This document shows positions 62,101 to 64,000 of a DNA stretch of 64,000 nt, piece after piece (within the stretch, counting starts at the first letter, position 1; each line of letters opens with the position of its first letter). Below the pieces are notes generated by a model. It was given only the letters and a program-made list of their open reading frames with translations, searched no databases and had not been told where the DNA came from. Origin of the DNA: Azolla caroliniana (taxonomy: Eukaryota > Plantae > Polypodiophyta); NCBI GenBank assembly GCA_043228905.1, contig JBHGNT010000021.1, positions 6,014,001 to 6,078,000 of the forward strand, read 5' to 3'. Position numbers and translations under genes: made by a program.

Positions 62101-64000
62101 TAATGATGAGTTGGATCAGAGCGGATCCAACTCCGGAAAGGAAAATGACGGCTCTTCGACACCGAAGACCGAACCGGCAAGGAAGGGCCTCAAACCGGGT
62201 AACGGTGGGTTACGCCGGTCAACCCGCCAGAAGGAACCTGTTAAGCAGTACGGGTACAATGAGTACATGGCGCATCACTATGTGTACATGACCAAGGTGG
62301 CGGAAGTGCGTGAGCCGGAGAGCTACGTAGAAGTGGCAAAGGACGCACATTGGTGTGCCGCTATGGAAGAAGAGATGCGGGCACTTGATGCCAACGTGAC
62401 ATGGGACCTGGTTGACCCTCCCCGTCACTGTAAACCGATCGGATGCAAGTGGGTGTACAAGGTAAAGTACAACGCCGACAGCTCAATTAACCGGTACAAG
62501 GCCCGGTTAGTGGAGAAGGGATACGCAAAGACCCACGGAATCGACTATGACGAGACCTTCACTCCAATAGCGAAGATGACGACAGTTAGTGTGGTGCTGG
62601 TGGTTGCTACAGTAAGGGGGTGGCATCTTCACCAGATGGATGTGAAGAATGCATTTCTTCAAGGAGATCTTGAAGAAGAGGTCTTTATGATACAACCCCC
62701 CGGTTTCCAAACGGAGATGAACAAGTCGGCAGTATGTCGGTTGAAGAAGTCACTTTATGGCCTAAAGCAAGCCCCCCGAGCTTGGAATGCGAAGATCACG
62801 CACCGGTTTCATAAGATGGGGTTTGCGGCCTCGAAGTCCGACTCTTTGTTGTTCATCCGGCAAGGTCCGGACGGTTCGGTTTGCATCTTGTTGTATGTTG
62901 ATGATCTGATCATCACAGGACCCGGACTCGATGAAAATCAGCCGAGTCAAGTCCCGGTTGTTGGATGTGTTTGAGATGAAGGACCTAGGGGACCTTCATT
63001 ATTTTCTTGGGATCGAAGTGATCCAAACCCTGGACGGCATATTGCTCTCACAGAGGCAGTATGTGTTGAATATGCTGTACAAGTTCGGCACATGGGGGAC
63101 CTTCATTATTTTCTTGGGATCGAGGTGATTCGAACCCCCGATGGCATATTGCTCTCACAGAGGCACTATGTGTTGAATATGTTGTACAAGTTCGGCATGA
63201 CAGAATGCAGACCTATCTCAACACCCTTCGACCGAAACCAGAAGCTCTGTCCCAACTCCGGACCGGCCTGCGATGAGAAACGGTTCCGACAAATTGTCAG
63301 AAGCCTTATATATTTGACCATCACCTGACCCGACATCAGCTATCCGGTCAGTGTGATTAGCCAATTCATGCAGAAGCCGACCGTAGAGCATCTTCAGTGC
63401 GTGCACCGAATACTGTGGTATGTGAGCGGCATGAAGGACCGAGGATTGTTATACCGGCGAGGTATAACCGAAGAGTTGGTTGGTTACACAAATGTCGACT
63501 TGGCCGGCGATGCATCAGATTGCCGATCAACCTCCGGTTATATGTTTTCCCTAGGTAGCACGGTTGTTGTGTGGAGTAGCAAAAAGCAGCCAATAGTTGT
63601 CCTGTCGAGCACTGAGGCTGAGTATCGGGGCGCTACCATTGCCACCTGTGAAGCCATTTGGCTTCGGCGACTACTGCAAGACCTACGGATCGAGGTACCA
63701 ACCCCGATTCTGATCTACTGCGACAACATAAGCAGCATGCAGCTCGCCAAGAACCCCGTATTCCATGCTCGCACAAAGCACATAGAAGTGCACTATCACT
63801 TCTTGCGTGAGCGTGTCCTGAGCGGTGTGGTCGAACTTCGGTATGTTCACACGGATCGGCAAGTTGCCGACATCTTCACCAAACCACTCGGATCTGACAA
63901 GTTGCAGCACTTCACCGAAATGCTTGGTGTTCAACATCTCGATGTGCCACACTTGAGGGGGAAAATGGGCAAAAACACCGAAACGGGAGACTTCCGATTG
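59107..64000 (+). mobile_element. Degenerate copia element J (runs off the window)
   Basis: 5' LTR 59107-59530 (TGTTGAG...TTTTACA), PBS TGGTATCATAGC at 59531, gag-PR-IN-RT-RH order. Confidence 0.93.
59614..64000 (+). pseudogene. gag-pol: J gag-pol, with stops and frameshifts
   Basis: CCYCGKKGHKESEC, WYVDSDASNHM, EQNGVAERKNR, LLYVDD, STEAEY, YCDN...KHIEVHYHF. Confidence 0.92.

Overview
Eukaryotic, plant-type sequence made almost entirely of nested transposable elements; I can support no host gene. The element types suggest a non-seed plant (inference). Element letters are my own labels. (1) Five copies (A, B, C, E, F) of a non-chromovirus Ty3/gypsy lineage. All five have RCGY-type flanks. C, E and F also share a tRNA-Trp PBS, a DHGS-type protease and a conserved G_GAU_UUU + hairpin -1 frameshift signal between protease and RT. 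A, C, E and F carry a conserved pre-PPT hairpin. (2) A very young, almost intact Tnt1/Tork-like Ty1/copia element G (16235-21751). (3) Several older copia elements or fragments (D, I, J, L, M, one solo LTR), a chromovirus fragment H and a LINE remnant. (4) A 9.7-kb DNA transposon K (25423-35116) with 25-bp TIRs, a 4-bp TSD and a Sola2-like DDD transposase. K also carries two convergent accessory genes (a spliced coiled-coil/RING gene and an FCP1/NIF-like pseudo-phosphatase) and three kinds of internal repeat array. K, the gypsy frameshift/target-site system and the tRNA-like Pol III modules inside LTRs are the most interesting signals. All alignments and counts were done by eye.
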